A stretch of 40,000 nt of DNA from Pseudomonas fluorescens. Its GTDB lineage: Bacteria > Pseudomonadota > Gammaproteobacteria > Pseudomonadales > Pseudomonadaceae. Location: positions 524,095 through 564,094 of the forward strand of contig NZ_MRST01000026.1 in NCBI RefSeq assembly GCF_001902145.1, in the 5' to 3' direction. Positions 18,665 through 26,764 of this stretch are shown in pieces (position 1 is the stretch's first letter; each line of letters begins with the position of its first letter). The notes under the pieces were generated by a model. That model saw only the letters and a program-made list of their open reading frames with translations, was not told the origin of the DNA and made no database searches. Both the position numbers and the translations under genes were made by a program.

Positions 18665-20161
18665 ATGAACACCGAACAGACATTACCCATCTGCATCGCC
18701 GGCCAGTGGCGCCCAGGCCGTGGCGAGCGTTATGCCAGCCGCTACCCGGCCACCGGCGAAGCCGTGGCCTGGCTCAATGCCGCCGACCTGCAGGACGTGG
18801 AAGAAGCCATTCAGGGCGCGCACCAGGCGTTCCTGCACAGCGGCTGGGCCCAGCGTAAACCTCACGAGCGGGCCGGCGTGTTGTACCGCATCGCCGAGTT
18901 GATCCGCCTGCACAGCGAAGAGCTGGCGCAGCTGCAACGCCAGGACAACGGCAAGCCGATCAATGAAACCCGCGCCCTGGTAGCCAGTGCTGCCGGCACC
19001 TTTCAATTTTTCGCCGCAGCCTGCGAGACCCTGGAAGAAACCATCACCCCGTCACGCGGTGATTTCGTCAGCATGAGCGTGTATGAACCGATGGGCGTGG
19101 TCGCCGCGATCACCCCGTGGAACTCGCCGATTGCCAGCGAGGCGCAGAAGGTTGCGCCGGCACTGGCGGCGGGCAATGCGGTGGTGATCAAACCGGCGGA
19201 AATCACCCCGCTGCTGGCCCTGCGCCTGGCGCGTCTGTGTGAAGAGGCCGGCCTCCCCAAGGGATTGATCAGCGTGCTGCCGGGCAAGGGTTCGTTGCTG
19301 GGGGATGCGCTGACGCGCCACCCGCTGATCAAGCGCGTGTCGTTTACCGGTGGTACGCGCACTGGCAAGCACATCGCCCATATTGCCGCCGACAAGATGA
19401 TGCCGGTGTCCCTGGAGCTGGGCGGCAAATCACCGACCATCGTGCTTGATGATGCCGACCTGGAGCATGCGGTGGCCGGGGTGCTGTATGGCATTTTCAG
19501 CTCGTCGGGCGAAGCCTGTATCGCCGGCTCGCGGTTGTTCATCGCCCGCGCCTTGTACGAGCCCTTTATGCAGCGCCTGGTCACCGCCGCCGCGAACCTG
19601 CGGGTGGGCGACCCAGCCGACGAGCACACACAGATGGGCCCGTTGATCAGCGCCAGCCACCGCGAATCCGTGGAGCGTTACGTCGCCCTCGGCCTGGCCG
19701 AAGGTGGGCGCCTGCGCCTGGGTGGGCAGCGCCCCAGCGGTGGTGTGTATGACCAGGGCTACTTCTACCCGCCGACCATCCTGGAGGGCCTGGGCAACCA
19801 CCAGCAAGTATGCCAGGAGGAAATCTTCGGCCCGGTGCTGGTGGCCATGCCCTTCGACGACGAAGCCCAACTGCTGGAGCAGGCCAACGACAGTGTCTAT
19901 GCCCTCGCGGCCGGCATCTGGACCCGTGACTACAAGCGCGCCTGGGCGCTGGGTCGGCGCTTGCAGGCCGGTACGGTGTGGATCAACACCTATAAGCAGT
20001 TCTCGATTTCCACGCCGTTCGGCGGCTGGCGCGACAGCGGCCTGGGCCGTGAAAAAGGTCGCCTGGGCATCCTGCAATACATGGAACAGAAGAGCCTCTA
20101 CTGGGGCATGAACGAACAGCCACTGGCCTGGGCCGGTGTGCCACGAGAGGTAGCGCAATGA
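18665..20161 (+). CDS. NAD(P)-dependent aldehyde dehydrogenase
   Basis: 498 aa with ELGGKSP, the catalytic Cys block GEACIAGSR, and EEIFGPV. Confidence 0.92.
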   Translation: MNTEQTLPICIAGQWRPGRGERYASRYPATGEAVAWLNAADLQDVEEAIQGAHQAFLHSGWAQRKPHERAGVLYRIAELIRLHSEELAQLQRQDNGKPINETRALVASAAGTFQFFAAACETLEETITPSRGDFVSMSVYEPMGVVAAITPWNSPIASEAQKVAPALAAGNAVVIKPAEITPLLALRLARLCEEAGLPKGLISVLPGKGSLLGDALTRHPLIKRVSFTGGTRTGKHIAHIAADKMMPVSLELGGKSPTIVLDDADLEHAVAGVLYGIFSSSGEACIAGSRLFIARALYEPFMQRLVTAAANLRVGDPADEHTQMGPLISASHRESVERYVALGLAEGGRLRLGGQRPSGGVYDQGYFYPPTILEGLGNHQQVCQEEIFGPVLVAMPFDDEAQLLEQANDSVYALAAGIWTRDYKRAWALGRRLQAGTVWINTYKQFSISTPFGGWRDSGLGREKGRLGILQYMEQKSLYWGMNEQPLAWAGVPREVAQ

Positions 20162-21123
20162 GCGTGTTAGGCATTGATGAAGTCACCTATGGCGTCGAAG
20201 ACCTGGACACCTGCGTACGCTTTTTCAGCGACTGGGGCCTGACCCAAGTCAGCGCGCAACCGGATGAAGTGGTGTTCGAGACCCTCAACGGCTGCCGCGT
20301 AGTGCTTGCCGACCTGAACAAACCGGACCTGCCGCCGGCCATCGAAGCCGGCTCTACGGTGCGCGAAGTGGTCTGGGGCGTCGCCAGTACGGCGGACCTG
20401 GCGCTGTACAGCCAGCGCATCGCCAATGACCCGGGGTTCGTCGAACGTGACGGGCGCATCGGCTGCACCGACCCCAACGGTTTGGCGATCCGCCTGCAAG
20501 TCACGCGCAAGCGTGAACTGGAGATTGAATGCAGCGGCCACAACACCTGGCAGACCAAGGGCCGGATCAACAAGGCGGCGCCGATCTATGAACGCGCCAC
20601 GCCGATTGAAGTCGGCCATGTGGTGTTTTTCGTCAAGGACGTGAACGCCTGCGAAGCCTTCTACCACGAGCGTTTTGGCTTCCAGGCCTCGGACCGTTAC
20701 CCGGACCGCGGGGCCTTCTTGCGCACCGCCGAAGAAGGTGGGCACCACGACCTGTTCATGCTGCAACTGCCGGCACCACGGGCCGGACTGAACCACGTGG
20801 CGTTTACCGTACGCGATGTTCACGAAGTGTTTGGCGGTGGCATGCATGTGTCCCGCAGCGGCTGGCCGACCGAAATCGGGCCGGGCCGCCACCCGGTGTC
20901 TTCGGCGTTTTTCTGGTACTTCAAGAACCCGGCAGGCGCGCTGGTGGAGTACTACGCCGATGAAGACCAACTGACCGGCGAATGGCAGCCACGCACCTTT
21001 GAGCCCGGCCCCACGGTGTTCGCCGAATGGGCAATTGCTGGCGGTATCGATGGCAACACCCGGCGCCAGCAACACGTCGAGGCGCCGCAAGGCAAATTCC
21101 TCACCGACAAACCGAAACCTTGA
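20158..21123 (+). CDS. VOC-family protein (two-domain glyoxalase / extradiol dioxygenase-like)
   Basis: 321 aa with two VOC-like halves (...VTYGVEDLD....FF.DWGL... and ...VGHVVFFVKDVNACEAFY.ERFGF). The ATGA overlaps the ALDH stop. Confidence 0.8.
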   Translation: MSVLGIDEVTYGVEDLDTCVRFFSDWGLTQVSAQPDEVVFETLNGCRVVLADLNKPDLPPAIEAGSTVREVVWGVASTADLALYSQRIANDPGFVERDGRIGCTDPNGLAIRLQVTRKRELEIECSGHNTWQTKGRINKAAPIYERATPIEVGHVVFFVKDVNACEAFYHERFGFQASDRYPDRGAFLRTAEEGGHHDLFMLQLPAPRAGLNHVAFTVRDVHEVFGGGMHVSRSGWPTEIGPGRHPVSSAFFWYFKNPAGALVEYYADEDQLTGEWQPRTFEPGPTVFAEWAIAGGIDGNTRRQQHVEAPQGKFLTDKPKP

Positions 21124-21136
21124 GCAGGAGTCGCCC

Positions 21137-22279
21137 ATGCCTTCCCTGAATATTGCTATCGCCGGTGCCGGTATCGGCGGCCTGACCGCTGCCATCGCCC
21201 TGCATCGCGCCGGTCACCAGGTCACCGTGTTCGAACAGTCCAAGGCGTTTTTGCGGGTTGGTGCCGACATCAACCTCACGCCCAACGCGGTCCGTGCGCT
21301 GGATGGCCTGGGCATTGGCCCAGCCGTGCGCATCCCGGCGGCCCGCCCTACTCACCGCATCAGCCGCATGTGGGACACAGGCGAAGAGACATCGCGCCTG
21401 GAGATGTCCGACGCCGCCGAACAGAAATACGGCGCGCCGCAACTGACCATCCACCGCGCCGACCTGCTCGCGGCCCTGGCCGAGGTGTTCCCACTGAACA
21501 ACGTGCAGTTCGCCAAGCGTGCCGAACGGATAGAACAGGCTGACGACGCCATTACCTTGCACTTCAAGGATGGCAGCCAGCACCGCTGTGACGTGTTGAT
21601 CGGCGCCGACGGTATCCACTCGGTGGTGCGCAACGCGCTGTTTGGCGAAGAGCACCCGCGCTTTACCGGCGTGGTGGCGTATCGCGCGGTGGTGCCGGCC
21701 GAGCAGGTGGCGCATGTGCCGAACATCCAGGCGTTCACCAAATGGTGGGGGCCGAACCCGCAAAGCCAGATCGTCACCTTCCCGCTCAACCAGGGCAAAG
21801 ACATCTTTATCTTCGCCACCACCGCCCAGGACAGCTGGCACGAAGAGTCGTGGACCAGCGCCGGCGATGCCGATGAGCTGCGTAGCCACTACCAGGCGTT
21901 CCACCCGGACGCCCGTGCCCTGCTCGATGCCTGCACCGATGTACTCAAGACCGCGCTGTATGAGCGCGACCCGCTGCCGTTCTGGTCCAAGGGCGCGATC
22001 ACCCTGCTGGGCGATGCCTGCCACCCAATGATGCCGTTCATGGCCCAGGGCGCCGGCCAGGCCATCGAAGATGCGGTGGTACTCGCACGCCACCTGCAAG
22101 ACCTCGACAGCCAGGCCTCGGTGGCCGGCGCGTTGCAGGCTTACCAGCAAGCGCGCCTGGAACGCACCAGCCAAATCCAGATCGGCTCGCGGGGCAACCA
22201 GTGGCTCAAGGACGGCGGTAACGCCGATTGGGTCTACGGCTACGACGCCTGGGGCGTCTCGACAACTCACGCAGCCTGA
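21137..22279 (+). CDS. FAD-dependent aromatic monooxygenase (salicylate / 3-hydroxybenzoate hydroxylase-like)
   Basis: ATG at 21137. IAIAGAGIGGLTAA (GxGxxG), GADGIHSVVR, and GDACHPMMPFMAQGAGQAIEDA. Confidence 0.9.
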   Translation: MPSLNIAIAGAGIGGLTAAIALHRAGHQVTVFEQSKAFLRVGADINLTPNAVRALDGLGIGPAVRIPAARPTHRISRMWDTGEETSRLEMSDAAEQKYGAPQLTIHRADLLAALAEVFPLNNVQFAKRAERIEQADDAITLHFKDGSQHRCDVLIGADGIHSVVRNALFGEEHPRFTGVVAYRAVVPAEQVAHVPNIQAFTKWWGPNPQSQIVTFPLNQGKDIFIFATTAQDSWHEESWTSAGDADELRSHYQAFHPDARALLDACTDVLKTALYERDPLPFWSKGAITLLGDACHPMMPFMAQGAGQAIEDAVVLARHLQDLDSQASVAGALQAYQQARLERTSQIQIGSRGNQWLKDGGNADWVYGYDAWGVSTTHAA

Positions 22280-22296
22280 ATACGGAGGTCAACACC

Positions 22297-22524
22297 ATGA
22301 GTACTCACGAACCCTACCTGCAACCCCATCAGGCACGTAAACGGCCCAACACCCAGTTCGAAGAGTTGCTGGGCGACTCCATCGAGCGCGCTTTTGGAAG
22401 TGGTGTGACCGAACTGCCGGCCCTGCTCGCGCACTTGAACCTGGCCGGCCCACCGTGCCCGCTGACCAGCGGCGAGTGGACCGAAGATGCCTACCAAACC
22501 CTGATGGCCCGGCTGGGCGAATGA
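22297..22524 (+). CDS. Small hypothetical protein (75 aa) between the monooxygenase and Rieske genes
   Basis: ATG at 22297 is preceded by ggagg (22285-22289). The ORF fills the gap between two co-directional genes with 17-19 nt spacers. The product, MSTHEPYLQPHQARKRPNTQFEELLGD..., has no motif I recognise. Confidence 0.5.
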   Translation: MSTHEPYLQPHQARKRPNTQFEELLGDSIERAFGSGVTELPALLAHLNLAGPPCPLTSGEWTEDAYQTLMARLGE

Positions 22525-22543
22525 CCCGGCAGAAGGAATAAAA

Positions 22544-23578
22544 ATGAACATGCAACTGACCGCCGACCCTGTTGAGCAGCATCTGGCCAATGGCCTCAAA
22601 GACCTCTGGTTCCCGGTATTGCCGTCGGACCTTTTGGGCGAGAAGCCGCTGTCGATACGACGCCTGGGCTACAAGATCGCCCTGTGGCGCGACAACGATG
22701 GCAGCGTTCACGCACTGGAAGACCATTGCCCCCATCGCGGCGCCCCGCTGTCCCAAGGGCCGGTGCTGGGCGATCGCCTGCAATGCCCTTACCACGGCGT
22801 CGAAGTGCGCTGCGACGGCACCGTCACCAAGGTACCCGGCAGCCCCGGCTGCAAGCTGGAGGGCAGCCGGCCCACGCGTATGTTCCACACCCGCGAAGCC
22901 GCGGGGGCGATCTTTTTGTTCAACGCCACCGACCCGCACCTGGACGTTGCGCCGGAGCTGGTGCTGCCCGAACAACTGACCTCGCCCGAATGGAGCAGCT
23001 TCGTCTGCTACACCGAGTGGAAAGGCGACTATCGCTACGTGATCGACAACGTCATGGACCCGATGCACGGCACCTACCTGCACAAGATGTCGCACTCGAT
23101 GAGCGAAGGTGAAGCCACCGCCAAGTTCGTCACCCGCGACACCGACACCGGTTTTTTCTTTGAGAAGGAGGGCCAGCGCGGCGTGAACTTCGATTGGACC
23201 GAGTTCGTGGACAACGACTGCCACTGGCTGCGCCTGGAAATCCCCTACCCGAAAACCGGCGGCCCCGGCGGCAACTTCACCATCATCGGCAGCTACACCC
23301 CCAGCAGCCGTTCGCTGGCCGCCGCATTTCACTGGCGCTGCCGCCCGCTGACCGGCTGGCAGCGTGACACCTGGCGCTTCTTGTACAAGAACCGTCTGGA
23401 AGCGCGGCATTGGGCGGTGCTGGAACAAGACCGGGTGCTGCTGGAATTCATGGAGCCGGATGCCAATCAGCGTGAAAACCTCTACCAGCACGACTTGGGC
23501 GTCGTGCGGCTGCGACGCTACCTGAAGAACGCCGCCAAAGCCCAGCTCGAACTGATCGACGCGAAGCAATTGCCATGA
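22544..23578 (+). CDS. Rieske [2Fe-2S] non-heme-iron oxygenase, alpha-only (VanA / phthalate-family type)
   Basis: The Rieske motif is CPHRGAPLS...CPYHG. The C-terminal catalytic domain has ...DNVMDPMHGTYLH. It is paired with a VanB-type reductase. Confidence 0.9.
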   Translation: MNMQLTADPVEQHLANGLKDLWFPVLPSDLLGEKPLSIRRLGYKIALWRDNDGSVHALEDHCPHRGAPLSQGPVLGDRLQCPYHGVEVRCDGTVTKVPGSPGCKLEGSRPTRMFHTREAAGAIFLFNATDPHLDVAPELVLPEQLTSPEWSSFVCYTEWKGDYRYVIDNVMDPMHGTYLHKMSHSMSEGEATAKFVTRDTDTGFFFEKEGQRGVNFDWTEFVDNDCHWLRLEIPYPKTGGPGGNFTIIGSYTPSSRSLAAAFHWRCRPLTGWQRDTWRFLYKNRLEARHWAVLEQDRVLLEFMEPDANQRENLYQHDLGVVRLRRYLKNAAKAQLELIDAKQLP

Positions 23579-24534
23579 ACAAAGCCGCGCTCCTCAACGC
23601 CCGCGTCCACACCCTGCGCTATGAGGCTGAAGGTATCATCAGCGTCGAACTGCGGCCATTGGGCGATACCGTGTTCCCGCCGTTCGACGCCGGCTCGCAC
23701 ATCGACCTGCACCTGGCCAACGGCCTGGTGCGCAGTTATTCGCTGCTCAACTCGCCCAGCGACCGTGGGCGGTATGTGGTCGGTATCCTGCGTGACCGCA
23801 ACAGCCGTGGCGGTTCGGAGTATGTACACAGCCAGTTGCGGGTCGGCATGCCGTTGTCGATTTCGCCGCCACGCAATAACTTCGAGCTGGACTTGAGCGC
23901 CAGCCACAGTGTGCTGGTGGCCGGCGGTATCGGTATCACGCCGATCTACTGCATGTTCCGCCAGTTGTTGGCGCTGGGAAAATCCGCCGAGTTGATCTAC
24001 TGCGCCCGCTCACGCCAGGAAGCGGCGCTGGCGGAAGCCTTGAGTGGGCTCGATGCGCGAGTGACCTACCACTTCAACGACGAAAAAGGCGTGCCGCCCG
24101 ATCTTGCCGCCTACCTCGCCGGCCAACCTGCGGATACACACCTGTATTGCTGCGGCCCGACGCCGATGCTCGACGCCTTCGAAAGTACCTGTGAGCGCCT
24201 GGGTTATCCCCATGCCCACATCGAGCGCTTTGCCGCCGCCGAACTGCCGCCCAGCGAAGACGCCCAGAGCAGCTATAGCGTTGAACTGAAAAGGTCCGGC
24301 AAGACCCTCGCGGTGGAGCCCGGCTTGAGTTTGCTGGATGTGCTGCTTGACGCCGGCTGCGACATTGATCACAGCTGCCGCGAAGGCGTGTGTGGCTCCT
24401 GCGAGACGCGGGTGGTGGAAGGCGAAATCGACCACCGCGATGGGGTGCTGACCAAGGCCGAACGGGCGGCAAACAAATCGATGATGGTGTGCGTTTCCGG
24501 CTGCAAGAGCCGACGGTTGGTGCTCGACCTCTAA
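23575..24534 (+). CDS. PDR/VanB-family oxidoreductase (FMN/NAD-binding plus plant-type 2Fe-2S ferredoxin)
   Basis: RSYSL flavin-binding motif, GGIGITP NAD motif, and a C-terminal CREGVCGSCETRV...C cluster. The ATGA overlaps the Rieske gene stop. Confidence 0.9.
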   Translation: MNKAALLNARVHTLRYEAEGIISVELRPLGDTVFPPFDAGSHIDLHLANGLVRSYSLLNSPSDRGRYVVGILRDRNSRGGSEYVHSQLRVGMPLSISPPRNNFELDLSASHSVLVAGGIGITPIYCMFRQLLALGKSAELIYCARSRQEAALAEALSGLDARVTYHFNDEKGVPPDLAAYLAGQPADTHLYCCGPTPMLDAFESTCERLGYPHAHIERFAAAELPPSEDAQSSYSVELKRSGKTLAVEPGLSLLDVLLDAGCDIDHSCREGVCGSCETRVVEGEIDHRDGVLTKAERAANKSMMVCVSGCKSRRLVLDL

Positions 24535-24544
24535 CCCCCCACCC

Positions 24545-24648
24545 CTTGTAGGAGCGAGCTTGCTCGCGAAGAACGTCCAGGCACCGCGTTATTCCAGGGT
24601 GCACGCATTATCGTTAACGTTTTTCGCGAGCAAGCTCGCTCCTACAGG
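24545..24648. repeat. REP-like extragenic palindrome
   Basis: cttgtaggagcgagcttgctcgcgaa ... ttcgcgagcaagctcgctcctacagg, starting 10 nt after the reductase stop. Confidence 0.85.
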
Positions 24649-24821
24649 ATCACCCGCAAAGTGCCCGTTTCATTGGCAGCGTGCAATAAATACGCACCTA
24701 TCACGGGCAACTTTGTTACCGCACTTTCGGGTTGTTTCATGGGTTATACAAGCAGCTTTGTTTCTCATATAAACAATTGTTTTTAATGATATTTTTATTA
24801 AATACAAACTAACAAGCGGCC

Positions 24822-24837
24822 TGGCACACTTCCTGCT
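24822..24837 (+). promoter_or_regulatory. Sigma-54-type (-24/-12) promoter candidate upstream of the outer-membrane protein gene
   Basis: TGGCACacttcCTGCT has GG (24823-24824) and GC (24835-24836) at the canonical spacing. It lies about 150 nt upstream of the ATG at 24985. Confidence 0.4.
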
Positions 24838-24984
24838 CTACTCCTGCGCATTCACTGATTAAACGGCGTTTCGCCGATAAAACAATAATAACCAACACTT
24901 AAACCCGGTAAGACCCGCTCCTTCCTTAGTTGCCTTTAAAGGCAAGCGGACGAGTGTTGCCGATCACCCGGTAGAGAGGTCTCT

Positions 24985-26211
24985 ATGAAGCGCGTCTTGT
25001 GTGCAGGATTGATGTTTGTCAGTTTCAGCTGTTTCGCCGCAGAACCCATTCCTTCCGAGCCGGTACGGGCCAACGCCGCCAACAAACCTTTCCCGCATAT
25101 TTCCTGGCGCAGCGATAGCGGCGACAGCAGCCTGGACATCGGCGGGGCGCTGCGCACCAACTACCGCGACGAGCATTGGGACACCACCGAGAACAACGGC
25201 CGGTTTCTGTTCGATACGTTCCGCCTGGATGTCCAGGCTACCTACAAGAGCCTCTACAGCGACATCGGCTACTGGTTCCAGGACGACGGCAAGCGCGCCA
25301 TTGATCGCGGCTTCGTGGGCTATCGGCTCAACGCCAATTCCAATCTGCAACTGGGGGCGCCGTTCAAACCCTTCGGCCTGGAGCCTTATCCGCAATTTGG
25401 CTGGAGCTACCACTTGCCGTTCTTCATGGGCTACGCGGTGAGTGCCGGCACCGGCCTCAAATACAGCTACAAGGACCAGGACTGGGACGTACAGCTCGGA
25501 TTTTTCCCGCGCATGCTGCCCAGCGATTTGCGTTACTCGCCGGAAGTGGGGCGTTACGCCGACTTGAATGACAACGCGATTGCCTTCACCCAGTCGCGCC
25601 AGGACAACGAGAAGCGCAACCAATTCAACGCCCGCGTGGCGCGCACCTTCAACAACGAGGGCTGGAAGACCGAAGTGGGAGCCTCGCTCGCCACCGCTCA
25701 GCTCTACAACGCCACCACCAAAGACAATGGCGACTACTGGGCCGCCGGCGTACACGCCATCATCAGCAAGGGCCTGTGGACCGTCACCACCCAAGCCATC
25801 CGCTACGAATACGACCCCGAAAACCCGAGCGGCGTGAGCAACGACTCGGTGCTGATGGGCGGCAATGGCCTGACGCCTGCGTACCTGATCGCCTCCAAGG
25901 CCAGCCTGGCCTCGCTCAACGTCGGCTACGACATCCACACGCCCCGGCTGGGGCAACTGAAGAAGATCAAGCTGTACAGCGATTACAGCCGAATGATGAA
26001 AGACAAAAGCGCCTGGGACGACTCACAGATGTTCACCGTAGGCGCGCAGTTCCTGGCGATGCCGGTGATGGCCTGGGTCGATCTCACGTGGGCGCGCAAT
26101 GCCAACCCCTATGGCGGTGCGGAGAATGGCAGCGGTTTTACCAGCACCAATTCGGTGGGTAGCAACGACTGGTATTACCGCACCAACGTCAACATCGGTT
26201 ACTACTTCTGA
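24985..26211 (+). CDS. Outer-membrane beta-barrel protein (porin-like), unknown specificity
   Basis: Signal peptide MKRVLCAGLMFVSFSCFAAEP. The sequence is rich in alternating aromatic and Gly/Asn/Asp residues. The C-terminus ...NVNIGYYF ends in Phe, as in the OMP beta-signal. Confidence 0.7.
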   Translation: MKRVLCAGLMFVSFSCFAAEPIPSEPVRANAANKPFPHISWRSDSGDSSLDIGGALRTNYRDEHWDTTENNGRFLFDTFRLDVQATYKSLYSDIGYWFQDDGKRAIDRGFVGYRLNANSNLQLGAPFKPFGLEPYPQFGWSYHLPFFMGYAVSAGTGLKYSYKDQDWDVQLGFFPRMLPSDLRYSPEVGRYADLNDNAIAFTQSRQDNEKRNQFNARVARTFNNEGWKTEVGASLATAQLYNATTKDNGDYWAAGVHAIISKGLWTVTTQAIRYEYDPENPSGVSNDSVLMGGNGLTPAYLIASKASLASLNVGYDIHTPRLGQLKKIKLYSDYSRMMKDKSAWDDSQMFTVGAQFLAMPVMAWVDLTWARNANPYGGAENGSGFTSTNSVGSNDWYYRTNVNIGYYF

Positions 26212-26218
26212 CACAGAC

Positions 26219-26316
26219 CCCTTGTGGGAGCGGGCTTGCTCGCGAAGGCGGTGGGTCAGTCAACGTATGTAGTGGCTGGTATGGCGCATTCGCGAGCAAG
26301 CCCGCTCCCACAGGGG
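26219..26316. repeat. REP-like extragenic palindrome
   Basis: cccttgtgggagcgggcttgctcgcgaa ... ttcgcgagcaagcccgctcccacagggg, immediately after the porin stop. Confidence 0.85.
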
Positions 26317-26374
26317 TTGTGCGCTGGCAGTTCGCTTTTTGCTGATATCGGGCCTCGGGTGAGGCCCGTTTGGG

Positions 26375-26764
26375 TTACCTGAACTTTGCCAGAATGTATG
26401 CAGCCGCCAACCAAATCAGAGCCGTACAGATCAGCGTCGTAGTGATGATGAGAAGACGTTTGAGATAGCGTGGGAAGTTTTCAAAGTCCACTGGATCCAA
26501 GTTGCCGTGCCGGATATGCACCTTTGGCATCAGGATCATTCCGGCTATTTGTGACATTTCCAAAAGAGACCAAATCAAACCGCGCTTCCCAAGGCTGTCT
26601 CCCCAAAGATAGATATAACGGCTGTTTTTCAAAGCCTCTTTTATGGCATCCATGTGACGGTGAGTAAGATATAGGTTTAGCGCGAGACCCGTTAATCCTA
26701 GAAGGAATGGGCTGGCCAAAAGCCAAATTTCTAACCAGGCGTTCCAAGACTCATCCGTTGTCAT
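26375..26764 (-). CDS. Small polytopic membrane protein; candidate immunity protein for the upstream PAAR toxin
   Basis: ATG at 26764 overlaps the TGA of the upstream gene (ATGA, 26761-26764). The 129-aa product MTTDESWNAWLEIWLLASPFLLGLTGLALNLYL...GLIWSLLEMSQIAGMILMP...LLIITTTLICTALIWLAAAYILAKFR has three hydrophobic helices. The longer ORF to 27007 overlaps the toxin gene and looks spurious (Arg/Trp-rich). Confidence 0.6.
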   Translation of the reverse strand: MTTDESWNAWLEIWLLASPFLLGLTGLALNLYLTHRHMDAIKEALKNSRYIYLWGDSLGKRGLIWSLLEMSQIAGMILMPKVHIRHGNLDPVDFENFPRYLKRLLIITTTLICTALIWLAAAYILAKFR

